The notes under the pieces were generated by a model that worked only from the letters and a program-made list of their open reading frames with translations, was not told the DNA's origin and ran no database searches. Positions 29,975 to 39,369 of a stretch of DNA of 64,000 bases are shown in pieces. The stretch spans positions 416,001-480,000 of the forward strand of contig OZ242010.1 in the NCBI GenBank assembly GCA_965204745.1, in the 5' to 3' direction. Made by a program: the position numbers and the translations under genes. The DNA comes from Candidatus Latescibacterota bacterium (GTDB lineage Bacteria > Latescibacterota > UBA2968). How positions within the stretch are numbered: the stretch's first letter is position 1; every line of letters starts with the position of its first letter.

Positions 29975-31299
29975 ATCACGGGTTTTAATTGGCGGGCGAG
30001 CAGCGCGGCAAAGGGGATGAACAGCAGGGAAATGCAAAACAACTTTTGGTAGGAAATCCACGCCACGAGCACCCCGGCCAGCATGGGCAACAAGCCCTGC
30101 GGAAACATGAACATGTTCATAAAGCTGGTGTACGTGGGCCGCCGGTCCGCGGGCGCGATGTCGAGGATGTAGGTCATGCGCCCGGAGTACATGCCGCTTT
30201 GGGCCGCGCCGGAAAAGACAAAGGTGAGCCCGTACACCACGACCCACAACTCGACCTCGGTGCCCCAGAACCAGATTGTGCGGTGGGGTACGTACTCGAT
30301 GCAGATCGGAACCAAAATGGACAGGGCGAGCAAGAACGTGCCGTACAAAAACAAGGTCTGATTGCCCTTGTAACGCCCTATCCACGCCCACGCCACATTG
30401 GAAAACACCGCGCTAAACTGCATCACCGTCACGTAAAGCCCGATATAGGCCGCGCTGATGCCCAAGCCCGCAATCGCGTAGGGCACGTAAAACGGCCCGC
30501 CCATCATGCTGAAGCCCCACAAAAATTGCACCATGCAAAGACGCCTAAAATTCACGTCCTCTTTCATCAGGCTCACGCCGCTGAGCAAATAGTTTTTTAG
30601 GGAGCGTTGCGCGCGCGTGCGCCGTTCAACCGGTTCGCGGATCATGCCAAACGTGAACACGGCCAGCGCAGTGCCCAAGCCGGACAGCATAAACAACACC
30701 GCGTAATTACTCGGAAACACCAACCCGCTTTGCGCGCTCAAGATATAGGTAATCAGTGCCCCGGCGGCCATGGACATCGCGCCTCCGGAAAATCGGCGCA
30801 GGGCGAATATTTTCGACCGATGAGACGCGGGAATCGCCTTGCCCATCAGATCCATCCACGGCACGCTCATCACGCCCATCAAGGATGTGCCCAGCGCGTA
30901 GAGCACCATAAACAAAAATAAAAAAATGGCGGGCGTCATGCCCCCCAAGAACATGGTCATGACGCCCACCAAAATCCACATCGCGCTTCGGGCCAACCCC
31001 GCGCCGATCAACAAGGGCATCTTTCGGGGTTTGGGTTCGATAATCCGGGAGATGAACACCTGCGGCCACGCCCAGCCCATTCTCATCAGCGCGCCCGCCA
31101 TGCCCACCAAAATGCTGGATGTGGTCAGGGTTTGTACAAAGGCCGGCATCACCAGGTCCGCGCTGATGAACGTGTAGGACATGATCACCAACCCCCCGTT
31201 GATCACCAGCAACCAACTGTTTCGACGCACTTCTTTGCGCGTGCGCCGCGCCGCCACCACGTCTCGCAGCGGCGGCCCCTCATTGCGCGCCATTTCCAT
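29959..31299 (-). CDS. MFS transporter
   Basis: About 12 hydrophobic segments, WMDLMGKAIP, IAPADRRPTY. Confidence 0.85.
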   Translation of the reverse strand: MEMARNEGPPLRDVVAARRTRKEVRRNSWLLVINGGLVIMSYTFISADLVMPAFVQTLTTSSILVGMAGALMRMGWAWPQVFISRIIEPKPRKMPLLIGAGLARSAMWILVGVMTMFLGGMTPAIFLFLFMVLYALGTSLMGVMSVPWMDLMGKAIPASHRSKIFALRRFSGGAMSMAAGALITYILSAQSGLVFPSNYAVLFMLSGLGTALAVFTFGMIREPVERRTRAQRSLKNYLLSGVSLMKEDVNFRRLCMVQFLWGFSMMGGPFYVPYAIAGLGISAAYIGLYVTVMQFSAVFSNVAWAWIGRYKGNQTLFLYGTFLLALSILVPICIEYVPHRTIWFWGTEVELWVVVYGLTFVFSGAAQSGMYSGRMTYILDIAPADRRPTYTSFMNMFMFPQGLLPMLAGVLVAWISYQKLFCISLLFIPFAALLARQLKPVIHAED

Positions 31300-31317
31300 A
31301 ATTGTACTCGCCCCAAC

Positions 31318-31446
31318 TCATCCGACCTCGTCTGCATCGGCGATGATTGTCTGAATATCCACGACGCCGCACCCCGGCCCTTGTGGATTGAAGTTAATCC
31401 ATACCACATCGCCGCGCTGTGGTATGTACTCGGTTGACTTCACCAT
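31318..31446 (-). pseudogene. mazF: Truncated MazF N-terminus fused to a displaced enolase 3' end
   Basis: MVKSTEYIPQRGDVVWINFNPQ (MazF-like) then GPGCGVVDIQTIIADADEVG*, which copies the end of gene 37128-38285. Confidence 0.8.
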
Positions 31447-31682
31447 ACTTCACCACCTACCGCAGGCCCAGTATCTACTTCGCCGTGCAAGTTGTCCTCA
31501 GTCACTTGATCTAACAGATCCTCCAACTTCAAACCGGACTGCATCACAGGGGCGATGACCAACTCTGCATCGCGGAGCGACAATTTGACCGGTGAATTGG
31601 ATTCAATCCCAATTTGAACAGCGAGCGATTGGGGAATACGCAAGACCAAACCATCGCCCCATTGCTGCACGCGGGTTTCCAT
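31440..31682 (-). CDS. mazE: AbrB/MazE antitoxin
   Basis: VQQWGDGLVLRIP, LEDLLDQVT, HGEVDTGPAVGGEVW. Confidence 0.9.
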   Translation of the reverse strand: METRVQQWGDGLVLRIPQSLAVQIGIESNSPVKLSLRDAELVIAPVMQSGLKLEDLLDQVTEDNLHGEVDTGPAVGGEVW

Positions 31683-31702
31683 ATCTTCCTCCTTCCCTTG
31701 TT

Positions 31703-31930
31703 GTCTGAATCGCGGATTACACGGATTACGCGGATTACGCTGCTACCCCCTCCCGTTCCCAACCCCCGCTACGCCTTCTGTACACTTCGCACTGCTTAAG
31801 CCTTACCTTCGTTTGACGCTTCATGCTACGGATTACGCGGATTGCGCGGATTACGCGGATGCCCCCTCCCGTTCCCAACCCCCGCTATGTCCTCTGCCCT
31901 ACCTGCGCTGTTCTAATCCGCGATTCAGAC
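31703..31930. mobile_element. 228-bp MITE-like element of family B with 17-bp terminal inverted repeats
   Basis: GTCTGAATCGCGGATTA...TAATCCGCGATTCAGAC; internal duplication of CCCCCTCCCGTTCCCAACCCCCGCTA; supplies the hsdS stop codon. Confidence 0.75.
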
Positions 31931-33259
31931 CGTTTTGGGCGTAAATGCCTCCTTCAAAACCGCCTGAAGAAGATTCTCGGCCTGTGCGCGGGCATGCCCA
32001 ATTTCAACTTCGAGTTGACGGCATGAAGCCAAGAGCGATTCGACGCGCTCGATAATTGCAACTTGCTCAGTCTGCGACGGCACCGGAATCAAAATTCTAT
32101 CCATCTTGTTTTTGGGGAGTCCTTCTCGTCCGGATCCTGTTTGGGCTTCTATTATCTGCCTTTGAAAATAGGGAGAAAGCAACACTTTGTGAACAAACTG
32201 ACCCATATCTCGCTCGACGGGTCTAATTATTGAAACATGCTGATTGATGTTCGCTTCGTCAAATTCGTCGTGAACGATGGCACTTCTGCCTATCGAGCCG
32301 CCGGTGATATTCAGAAGAACGTCTCGCGGGTACACAACAGAACCTCTCATTTGAATATGTGTAAATTTGGGGATATAAACGAGGCCATTGAGGCCAATGC
32401 CGTCGTCGTGAACATTTTGCGATCTGAGGAACGGAATGCCTGATGAAACATAGGCCGTTTTGCCGCCGCGAGGAGTGCTCCCCGATCCAGTCTTTTCACA
32501 CAAGTCCCCCAATCGGCACCACGCCCATCCCTCTGGAATCTCAAACGGAATTTCTTCCGGTGCTATCGGCGGTAGCGGTTTTTCCCTGCGGATTTTCTTT
32601 TTGGCGACGAGCCGTTGCTTTTCCCCGCGAATGCGCTCGAGCAACTGACTTGCGGGTTCGACATCGGGGTTCTCTTGCCGCCAATCCGCCGTCAACTTGC
32701 CTTGTACCGCCTCGTGCAAAATCGCCTGCTTGAGTTGGGTGAGGAGGGTTTCTTGGTGGGCAATTTCTTTTAAGAGTTTAGCTTGCTCGGAACAACAAGC
32801 GTCCATTTGAAAAATAAGTTCATCTTGGATATGGATCGGAGGCGATGGAATGTGAATGCCAAATAGTGCCTGTGGTTGAATGCGTTTTGTCGCGGCTCCT
32901 TTGGCTATTGATACCAATGTTTGATAGCAGTTTCCTTGTTTGAAGAAGTACTCTATCCATTTTGGTCGCATGGCTTCGGAAACATCAAAAGCGGGCAAAT
33001 CTGAACTGCTTTCAAAGCGATCTAATTCATTCGGAATAACACCAAATGCGCCCTTATGCAGATTTTGTTTTCCGTAAATGAACTGGCCTGAACGTCTGAT
33101 AAAATAGCGCGTTACTCCTTTTCTCTCCGTAACTACCGGTCTTTTTTCTACTCCCTCAGCATTGAGCCGGACCCTTATGCGCCGTTCAACAGCAGGATTT
33201 GTAGAAATGATCCTACTTTCCGACAAGAAATTCCCAAGCGGTTTTAGAGGCCAATTCAT
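31925..33259 (-). CDS. hsdS: Type I RM specificity subunit
   Basis: Two TRDs separated by AVQGKLT...PFEIPEGWAWCRLG. Confidence 0.92.
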   Translation of the reverse strand: MNWPLKPLGNFLSESRIISTNPAVERRIRVRLNAEGVEKRPVVTERKGVTRYFIRRSGQFIYGKQNLHKGAFGVIPNELDRFESSSDLPAFDVSEAMRPKWIEYFFKQGNCYQTLVSIAKGAATKRIQPQALFGIHIPSPPIHIQDELIFQMDACCSEQAKLLKEIAHQETLLTQLKQAILHEAVQGKLTADWRQENPDVEPASQLLERIRGEKQRLVAKKKIRREKPLPPIAPEEIPFEIPEGWAWCRLGDLCEKTGSGSTPRGGKTAYVSSGIPFLRSQNVHDDGIGLNGLVYIPKFTHIQMRGSVVYPRDVLLNITGGSIGRSAIVHDEFDEANINQHVSIIRPVERDMGQFVHKVLLSPYFQRQIIEAQTGSGREGLPKNKMDRILIPVPSQTEQVAIIERVESLLASCRQLEVEIGHARAQAENLLQAVLKEAFTPKTV

Positions 33260-34689
33260 CTTAAGAAACTCCTGATCGCATCGAGATGTTTGCGGGATTG
33301 GTCAAAACTATCGTTCATTTTTTGAATAATATCGACAACGCAAAGATCATTCTCTTCTTCTCGTATGTTTGGATTCTTCACGTCCAAATCAAACCCTTCC
33401 TTCAAATCCCCAACCCTCACCCGCCAAGCGACCTCATTCTCCTCGCGCTCGTTCCACCAAGCTAGCATCGCTTCAAATTCGTGAAAATAGATGGGCTTGG
33501 TTTTGGAATAACTCTTTTGACCTTCGGGCAAGCGGTGCTCGTAGTACCAAATTTCCTTGGTGGGCGTGCCCTTTTCAAAAAAGAGCAGATTGGTCGAAAC
33601 AGTCGCCGGATGGAACGTAGATTGCGGCAGGCGAACAATGGTGTGGACATTGCAGTCGGTCAAGAGCTTCTCGCGGATGCGGACTTTGTAGCCATCCCCG
33701 GTAATGCAGCCATCGGGCAGAACAATGGCCGCCCGGCCACCGGGCTTGAGCAACTGAATCATCAAGACGACAAACAGATCCGCGGATTCCCGACAGCGAA
33801 AGGCTTGTGGAAAATTCGATTCCACCCCCTCGGCAATGCCGGCGCCAAAAGGCGGATTCGCCAAAATAACATCCACCTGCTGACGCGGGCCAATGCCGTT
33901 GTATTCCGTCTTGAGACTGTCCATGTAGTGCCAGTCCGGCACCTCCATGCCGTGCAGAATCAAATTCGTGAGACCGAGGACATAAGCAACCGGCTTGTAT
34001 TCCCAACCGGTGATGGACTTTTGGAGCATCGCTTCGTCGTGGAGGGTGTGAACATACTGTTCGCGCACATAGTCGATGGCGGCACTGAGGAACCCCCCTG
34101 TCCCGGCTGCCGGATCGAGCACCTTTTCGCCGAGGCGCGGGGCCGTGGTCTGCGTCATCAGTTGCGTAATGGCGCGAGGGGTGTAGTACTCGCCTTTGTT
34201 GCCCGCATCGCGCAACTCGACGAGGATGCTCTCGTAAATGGTGCCGAAAATTTGGCGGTCTTCCGAGTTGTTGAAGTCAAAGCCGTTGAGTTGATTGATC
34301 ACTTGGCGCATCGCATAGCCCGACTTCATGTAGTTGTTCGACCCGTCAAAAACCTCGCGCACGAGCATCGCGCGGTTGGGAGCGGTGGCGGACTGGAGAT
34401 TTTTGAGTGTGACGAACAGACCATCGTTGGGGTCATCGACAAAGGCGAGCAATTCGTCGCCGGTGATGCCTTCGGGATCGACCGCCCAAGTGCGCCACTG
34501 GAATCGCTGCGGGATGACGGATGTATAATCGTCGCGAATGAGTTCCAACTCCTGATCCTTCTCGTCCAAAATTTTGAGAAAGATCATCCAGCCGAGTTGC
34601 TCGAGTCGCTGGGCATCGCCAGAAATGCCTTGGTCCTCATTCCGCATAATGTTGCGGACGTTTTTGATGATTGCAGAGATATTCGCCAT
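33256..34689 (-). CDS. hsdM: Type I RM N6-adenine methyltransferase
   Basis: GEYYTPR, DPAAGTGGFL, NPPF. Confidence 0.95.
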   Translation of the reverse strand: MANISAIIKNVRNIMRNEDQGISGDAQRLEQLGWMIFLKILDEKDQELELIRDDYTSVIPQRFQWRTWAVDPEGITGDELLAFVDDPNDGLFVTLKNLQSATAPNRAMLVREVFDGSNNYMKSGYAMRQVINQLNGFDFNNSEDRQIFGTIYESILVELRDAGNKGEYYTPRAITQLMTQTTAPRLGEKVLDPAAGTGGFLSAAIDYVREQYVHTLHDEAMLQKSITGWEYKPVAYVLGLTNLILHGMEVPDWHYMDSLKTEYNGIGPRQQVDVILANPPFGAGIAEGVESNFPQAFRCRESADLFVVLMIQLLKPGGRAAIVLPDGCITGDGYKVRIREKLLTDCNVHTIVRLPQSTFHPATVSTNLLFFEKGTPTKEIWYYEHRLPEGQKSYSKTKPIYFHEFEAMLAWWNEREENEVAWRVRVGDLKEGFDLDVKNPNIREEENDLCVVDIIQKMNDSFDQSRKHLDAIRSFLR

Positions 34690-34701
34690 AAGTGTCCGTT
34701 C

Positions 34702-37080
34702 CTATGCCGCTCGATACAGCGCGGCGGTGAGCTCGCGGATGGCGGCGGCGTAACCGGCTTTGCCACCAAAAGCGCGGTTGATCTCTAGCACCGTGCCGAG
34801 TTGCTTGATGGGGTCGAGCGTGAGGATAGCGGGATTCTCCAAATCCGTCAAACCGTCGTCGGCGTATTTGTCCAAGAGCGCGTCGATGACCTTGCGCGCG
34901 CGGTCGCCATACTTGGCAAAGTAATCGCGCTTCTTGACATCGTCCGCGCGTTCCCGCCGGGTCAGGGGTTTCTGGTCGTAGGCAACATGGCAGATCAAAT
35001 CGAACGGATCGAAGTTCGAGCCGACCTCGTCCCGCAGTGCGGGCCAAATAACGCCCTGTTTTTCCAACTCCTCAACGAGCACACGCTTCTTGTCGGCCTG
35101 CCGCCACGAGTTCAGAAACGCATCGAGGGTGGCGTAGTTCTTCTGCACATTGCGGCGGGTATAGCCGCGCAAACTCTCGGTGATAATTTTGCCGTCTTCC
35201 CCCATGTAATGCACGCGCTCATTGAGCACGGAAACCTCGACGCCGTTGACGGTGACCTTTCGCGTTATCCCGTAGTCGTTCCGACTATCCTCTCGAAAAA
35301 GAGGGGAGGGGGTAAAAACGACTTCATCGCCGGTCAACGCATCGATCAGCGGCGCATCGCCCATCTCTTTATCGACCTCGGAAAGGTCTTCACGTTGCGA
35401 CGCCTCTTTGACGCGGACCGGGTCGCCATCAAACGCGGGGTCGGCAAACAAGGCCGTGACATTGCGGAAGTCCAAAATCGTGAAGTAGTGTTTCCCAAAG
35501 TCCTCATTGATGCGCGTGCCCCGTCCGATGATTTGCTTAAACTCAGTCGGCGATCCAATATTGGCGTCGAGGACGATCAACTTGCAGGTTTGTGCATCGA
35601 TGCCGGTGGTCATCAGCTTGGAGGTCGTGGCGATAACCGGGTACCGCTCGTTGGGGTCGATAAAGGCGTCGAGGTGGCGTTTGCCCTCTTCGTTGTCTCC
35701 CGTGATCTGCATGACGTATTTGCTGTTTTGGGACATCGGGTCGGCATTGGCATTCACGAGCGCACGCCGCATGCCTTCGGCGTGTTCGATATCCACGCAG
35801 AATACGATGGTTTTAGCAAAGCGGTCGCTGCTCTTGAGAAATTCGGTGATCTTTGCAGCCACCAACCGGCGGCGTTCCTCGACCACGATGGTTTTGTCGA
35901 AATCCCGCCTATTGTATATGCGATCCGCGACGACATGCCCGTCCTTGTCTTTGAAGCCCTTGGGTGGACGCCATCCCTCGGCGTCGATGTCGAGCGTGAC
36001 TTTGATGACCTTATAGGGCGCGAGAAAGCCATCGTCGATCCCCTGTTTGAGCGAGTAGGTGTAAAGCGGATCCCCGAAGTATTCGGAACTGGACACCTCG
36101 GTGGTCTCTTTGGGGGTTGCCGTGAGGCCGAGGTGTGAAGCCCCGTTGAAGTATTCGAGGATTTCGCGCCACTTGCTATCTTCTCGCGCGCTGCCTCGGT
36201 GACACTCATCCACGACGACGAGATCAAAAAAATTGGGGCTGAATCGTTTGTAGGTATCTTCCGATTTGTGGTCAGAAAGCCCTTGATAGAGCGCGAGGTA
36301 GATGTTGTAGGCGGTATCGACGGTTCGGTTTTTGACGACGGTCATGGCCTCTTTGAAGTGGCGAAAGTCGCCGCGCGCGGTTTGGTCGATCAAGGCGGTG
36401 CGGTCGGCGAGGAACAGGACGCGCTTTTTGACGCCGCTTTTCCAAAGCCGATAGATAATTTGGGATGCGACATAGGTTTTTCCCGTGCCGGTCGCCATGA
36501 CCAACAGCACCCGCTCATCGCCTCGCGCTATGGCCTCAACCGCCCGGTTAATGGCGATCTGCTGATAGTAGCGCGGCGAACGCTCGCTCCCGTCGGCGAA
36601 ATAGTCTTGGGCGACGACCGGTTCATGGTTCGCCGCGATGCCTTTGTACGCGGTGTATTTGGCCCAGAGTATTGCGGGCGAGGGAAATGAATCGAGGGGC
36701 AACTCGGCTTCCAGCGCGTCACCGGTCGAGGTCTTGTCGTGAAAAACGAAGCCATCGCCATTGCTGCTGAACACAAAGGGGATGTCTAAAATTTCAGCGT
36801 AGCCGAGGGCCTGCTGCATACCCGCGCCGACGGTGTGCGCGTTGTCCTTTGCTTCGATGACAGCGATGGGAATGTGCGGTTTGTAGTAGAGAATGTAGTC
36901 GGCAAACTTTCTCTTTCCCCGAGTGTGCATGTTACCCCGCACGTAAATCCGCCCATCCGTGAGATGGACCTCTTCCCGAATCTGGGTCTGCATGTCCCAT
37001 CCGGCATCGACCAAAGCCGGCGTGATATACTTCGTGCGGATGTCGCGTTCGCCGAGGTCTTTTTTGCTTTTTTGGATCAT
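34702..37080 (-). CDS. hsdR: Type I restriction subunit, EcoAI/EcoEI-like
   Basis: ADY...IEAK, MATGTGKT, DECHRGSA, QIIGRGTR, C-terminal TRRERA. Confidence 0.95.
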   Translation of the reverse strand: MIQKSKKDLGERDIRTKYITPALVDAGWDMQTQIREEVHLTDGRIYVRGNMHTRGKRKFADYILYYKPHIPIAVIEAKDNAHTVGAGMQQALGYAEILDIPFVFSSNGDGFVFHDKTSTGDALEAELPLDSFPSPAILWAKYTAYKGIAANHEPVVAQDYFADGSERSPRYYQQIAINRAVEAIARGDERVLLVMATGTGKTYVASQIIYRLWKSGVKKRVLFLADRTALIDQTARGDFRHFKEAMTVVKNRTVDTAYNIYLALYQGLSDHKSEDTYKRFSPNFFDLVVVDECHRGSAREDSKWREILEYFNGASHLGLTATPKETTEVSSSEYFGDPLYTYSLKQGIDDGFLAPYKVIKVTLDIDAEGWRPPKGFKDKDGHVVADRIYNRRDFDKTIVVEERRRLVAAKITEFLKSSDRFAKTIVFCVDIEHAEGMRRALVNANADPMSQNSKYVMQITGDNEEGKRHLDAFIDPNERYPVIATTSKLMTTGIDAQTCKLIVLDANIGSPTEFKQIIGRGTRINEDFGKHYFTILDFRNVTALFADPAFDGDPVRVKEASQREDLSEVDKEMGDAPLIDALTGDEVVFTPSPLFREDSRNDYGITRKVTVNGVEVSVLNERVHYMGEDGKIITESLRGYTRRNVQKNYATLDAFLNSWRQADKKRVLVEELEKQGVIWPALRDEVGSNFDPFDLICHVAYDQKPLTRRERADDVKKRDYFAKYGDRARKVIDALLDKYADDGLTDLENPAILTLDPIKQLGTVLEINRAFGGKAGYAAAIRELTAALYRAA

Positions 37081-37127
37081 TTTTCTCTGTCGGGTTTTGG
37101 GATTATTGACCGGGGACTGACCGCGCA

Positions 37128-38285
37128 CTAAAGACGAGTTGCATCGGCGATGATTGCCTGAATATCCACGACGCCGCACCCCGGCCCTTGCGGGATGCTC
37201 ATTTTGCCATCTCGAATTTCGAGCGCGGGGGTGAACCAATCGCGGTATTTTTCTATGCCTCGTTTGTATTCCTGGTACCGGCCGATAGCCGGCGTTATGG
37301 CGGCAAAGAGGAGCATGTAGATAAACCCGAAGCCGCCCGAGATGTGAACCGTTGTCGGCATGCCGGCCAGGGCGGCCATGCGCGCGACGCGCGACGAGCG
37401 AATCAGGCCGCCGTAATAGTGCAAGTCCGGTTGCACGATGTCCACGCCGCGGTTGGCGATCATCCAGCGAAACCGCCGGTCACTAAATTCCTGCTCGCCC
37501 CCGGAAACCGGAATGTCCAGCGCGTCCGCGACGGCCTTTGTGTCTTCGAGATGGTCAAATGGGCAGGGTTCTTCAAAATACACCGCGCCTATGTCTTCGA
37601 GCATGCGCCCGACTTCAATGGCCTGCGGGGGATCGTAAGAGCTGTTGGAATCCGCGTGAATGTCGATCTCATCGCCCAGGGTTTTGCGGGACAAGGCGAT
37701 CAACTTCGGCGTGCGCCCGGGCATGGCGTCCTCGTTTTTGCTCATGCGCCCGCCGATTCTAAATTTTATGGCCCTCGCGCCCGTCTCGTCGATCAGACGC
37801 TGCAAATAAACCACTTCCTCTTCCGGCGTGCTGTCTCGCCGCCCACTCGCCACGTAAAACGCCGCCTGATCGCGCACTGCGCCGCCCATGAGTTCGGGGA
37901 TGGATTTTCGCGCTACGCGGCCGAGCAAGTCCAACAGGGCCATCTCGACCCAAGCCACGCAACACCAAAATGCCAATCCCTGTAATTTGTAATTGCTTTT
38001 GTGCCGATACACGCCCCACAACAGGTCTTCGAGGTCGCGGGCGTCTTTTCCGATGAAGTAGGGAATGACCAACCGATTGAGGATCGGATGCGCGTATTGC
38101 GCGCGCCCATTGGTGAACGCCAGTCCCTCCGCGCCATCTGTGGAACGGACATGGACGTAGTATTCCCGGTCATCTTTGAGCAGTTGGATGGACGCGATTG
38201 CGACGGGTTCAGTCAGGCCGTCTAATACCAAAACGGGTTTTGCCGCGGCCTCGTCCAGCGCCGCGATACTCGGGGTTGGGGTCAT
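37128..38285 (-). CDS. Mandelate racemase-family enolase
   Basis: KFR, ADSNSSY, FEEP, GGEQ, QPD. Confidence 0.88.
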   Translation of the reverse strand: MTPTPSIAALDEAAAKPVLVLDGLTEPVAIASIQLLKDDREYYVHVRSTDGAEGLAFTNGRAQYAHPILNRLVIPYFIGKDARDLEDLLWGVYRHKSNYKLQGLAFWCCVAWVEMALLDLLGRVARKSIPELMGGAVRDQAAFYVASGRRDSTPEEEVVYLQRLIDETGARAIKFRIGGRMSKNEDAMPGRTPKLIALSRKTLGDEIDIHADSNSSYDPPQAIEVGRMLEDIGAVYFEEPCPFDHLEDTKAVADALDIPVSGGEQEFSDRRFRWMIANRGVDIVQPDLHYYGGLIRSSRVARMAALAGMPTTVHISGGFGFIYMLLFAAITPAIGRYQEYKRGIEKYRDWFTPALEIRDGKMSIPQGPGCGVVDIQAIIADATRL

Positions 38286-38320
38286 AGTGCCTCCGCTGGG
38301 AAAGGGACGAATGACAACTC

Positions 38321-39352
38321 CTAAACTTCCACATCGAATTTTTTCGCGGTCTCGCAAATCTGTTCCCAGGTCGTCTCTTCTATGGGAATCCCCTCTGCCT
38401 TGCGCGTGCGTGCTTCGCGCCATGATCGCTCGCCCGGCACGAGGATGTCGTCAAAGCCCGGTGCTGTTTTTGTCGATTTCACATAGTCGATAAATCGCCC
38501 CACTTCGGCCTTAAAATCCGCGATGGGTAGGAAGGCGTCGATGCGAATGGCCTGGGCGAACAGGGCATTGCCCGTCACCGGCGAATTTGCGCGCGTACAC
38601 CCGGCGGGCGACAGGGCACCGGACAAAATATCCAAAACAAATGCCAAGCCGTATCCTTTGTGACCGCCAAACGGGGTCAGCGCGGCCTCGCCCCGCACGT
38701 AATCCGCGGGATCCGTTGTGGGGTTGCCCTCGGCGTCGATCAGCCAGTCTTTGGGAACGCGCTCGCCTCGGGCCAAGGCCACCCGCATCTTGCCACCTGC
38801 CGCTGTGGCTGCGGTCAAATCCAGCGCGATGGGAAACGCGCGATCTGAGGGAAACGCAACAGCCAAACAGTTGGCGGACAAAACGCGCCCAAGACCGCCC
38901 CATGGCGCCATCGAAAGGTCCGCGCCATGACCGTTGTTGCACATCAGCCCGATCATAGCTTCGTCCGCGGCGATAGCGGGATAGCCCCCCAACCGTCCGA
39001 CGTGATTGCACTGGTGAACGGTGACGATCCCCACGGCACTTTTGCGCGCCTTTTCAATCGCTAGGTGCATGGCTTTGGTCGCCGTTACATGCCCAAACCC
39101 CCAGTGCCCGTTCACCGCGGCGGTCGCATCGGTTTCGCGCTCGATTTCCACCGTTGTGCCGAGTTGGATTTGACCGCGCTCAACCGCTGTCACGTATTGC
39201 GGAATACGCACCACGCCGTGCGAATCGTGGCCCGCGAGATTGGACGATACCAGCAAATCGGACACCGTGCGGGCCTCTTCGGCCGTGGTGCCCACACGTT
39301 CGAAAACCTCGCGGCCAATGCGCCGCAACTCATCGGGATTCAAAATTGGCAT
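38321..39352 (-). CDS. Ldh_2-family malate/L-lactate dehydrogenase
   Basis: GHDSHG, NHVGRLG, GGHKGYGL, VPGE. Confidence 0.9.
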   Translation of the reverse strand: MPILNPDELRRIGREVFERVGTTAEEARTVSDLLVSSNLAGHDSHGVVRIPQYVTAVERGQIQLGTTVEIERETDATAAVNGHWGFGHVTATKAMHLAIEKARKSAVGIVTVHQCNHVGRLGGYPAIAADEAMIGLMCNNGHGADLSMAPWGGLGRVLSANCLAVAFPSDRAFPIALDLTAATAAGGKMRVALARGERVPKDWLIDAEGNPTTDPADYVRGEAALTPFGGHKGYGLAFVLDILSGALSPAGCTRANSPVTGNALFAQAIRIDAFLPIADFKAEVGRFIDYVKSTKTAPGFDDILVPGERSWREARTRKAEGIPIEETTWEQICETAKKFDVEV

Positions 39353-39369
39353 GGAAAGCGACCTCGTCC

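Larger units (their letters stand above)
31333..37190. mobile_element. 5.9-kb island (type I RM plus mazE/mazF') bounded by 51-bp direct repeats
   Basis: 31333-31383 equals 37140-37190 with one mismatch; no integrase inside. Confidence 0.75.
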
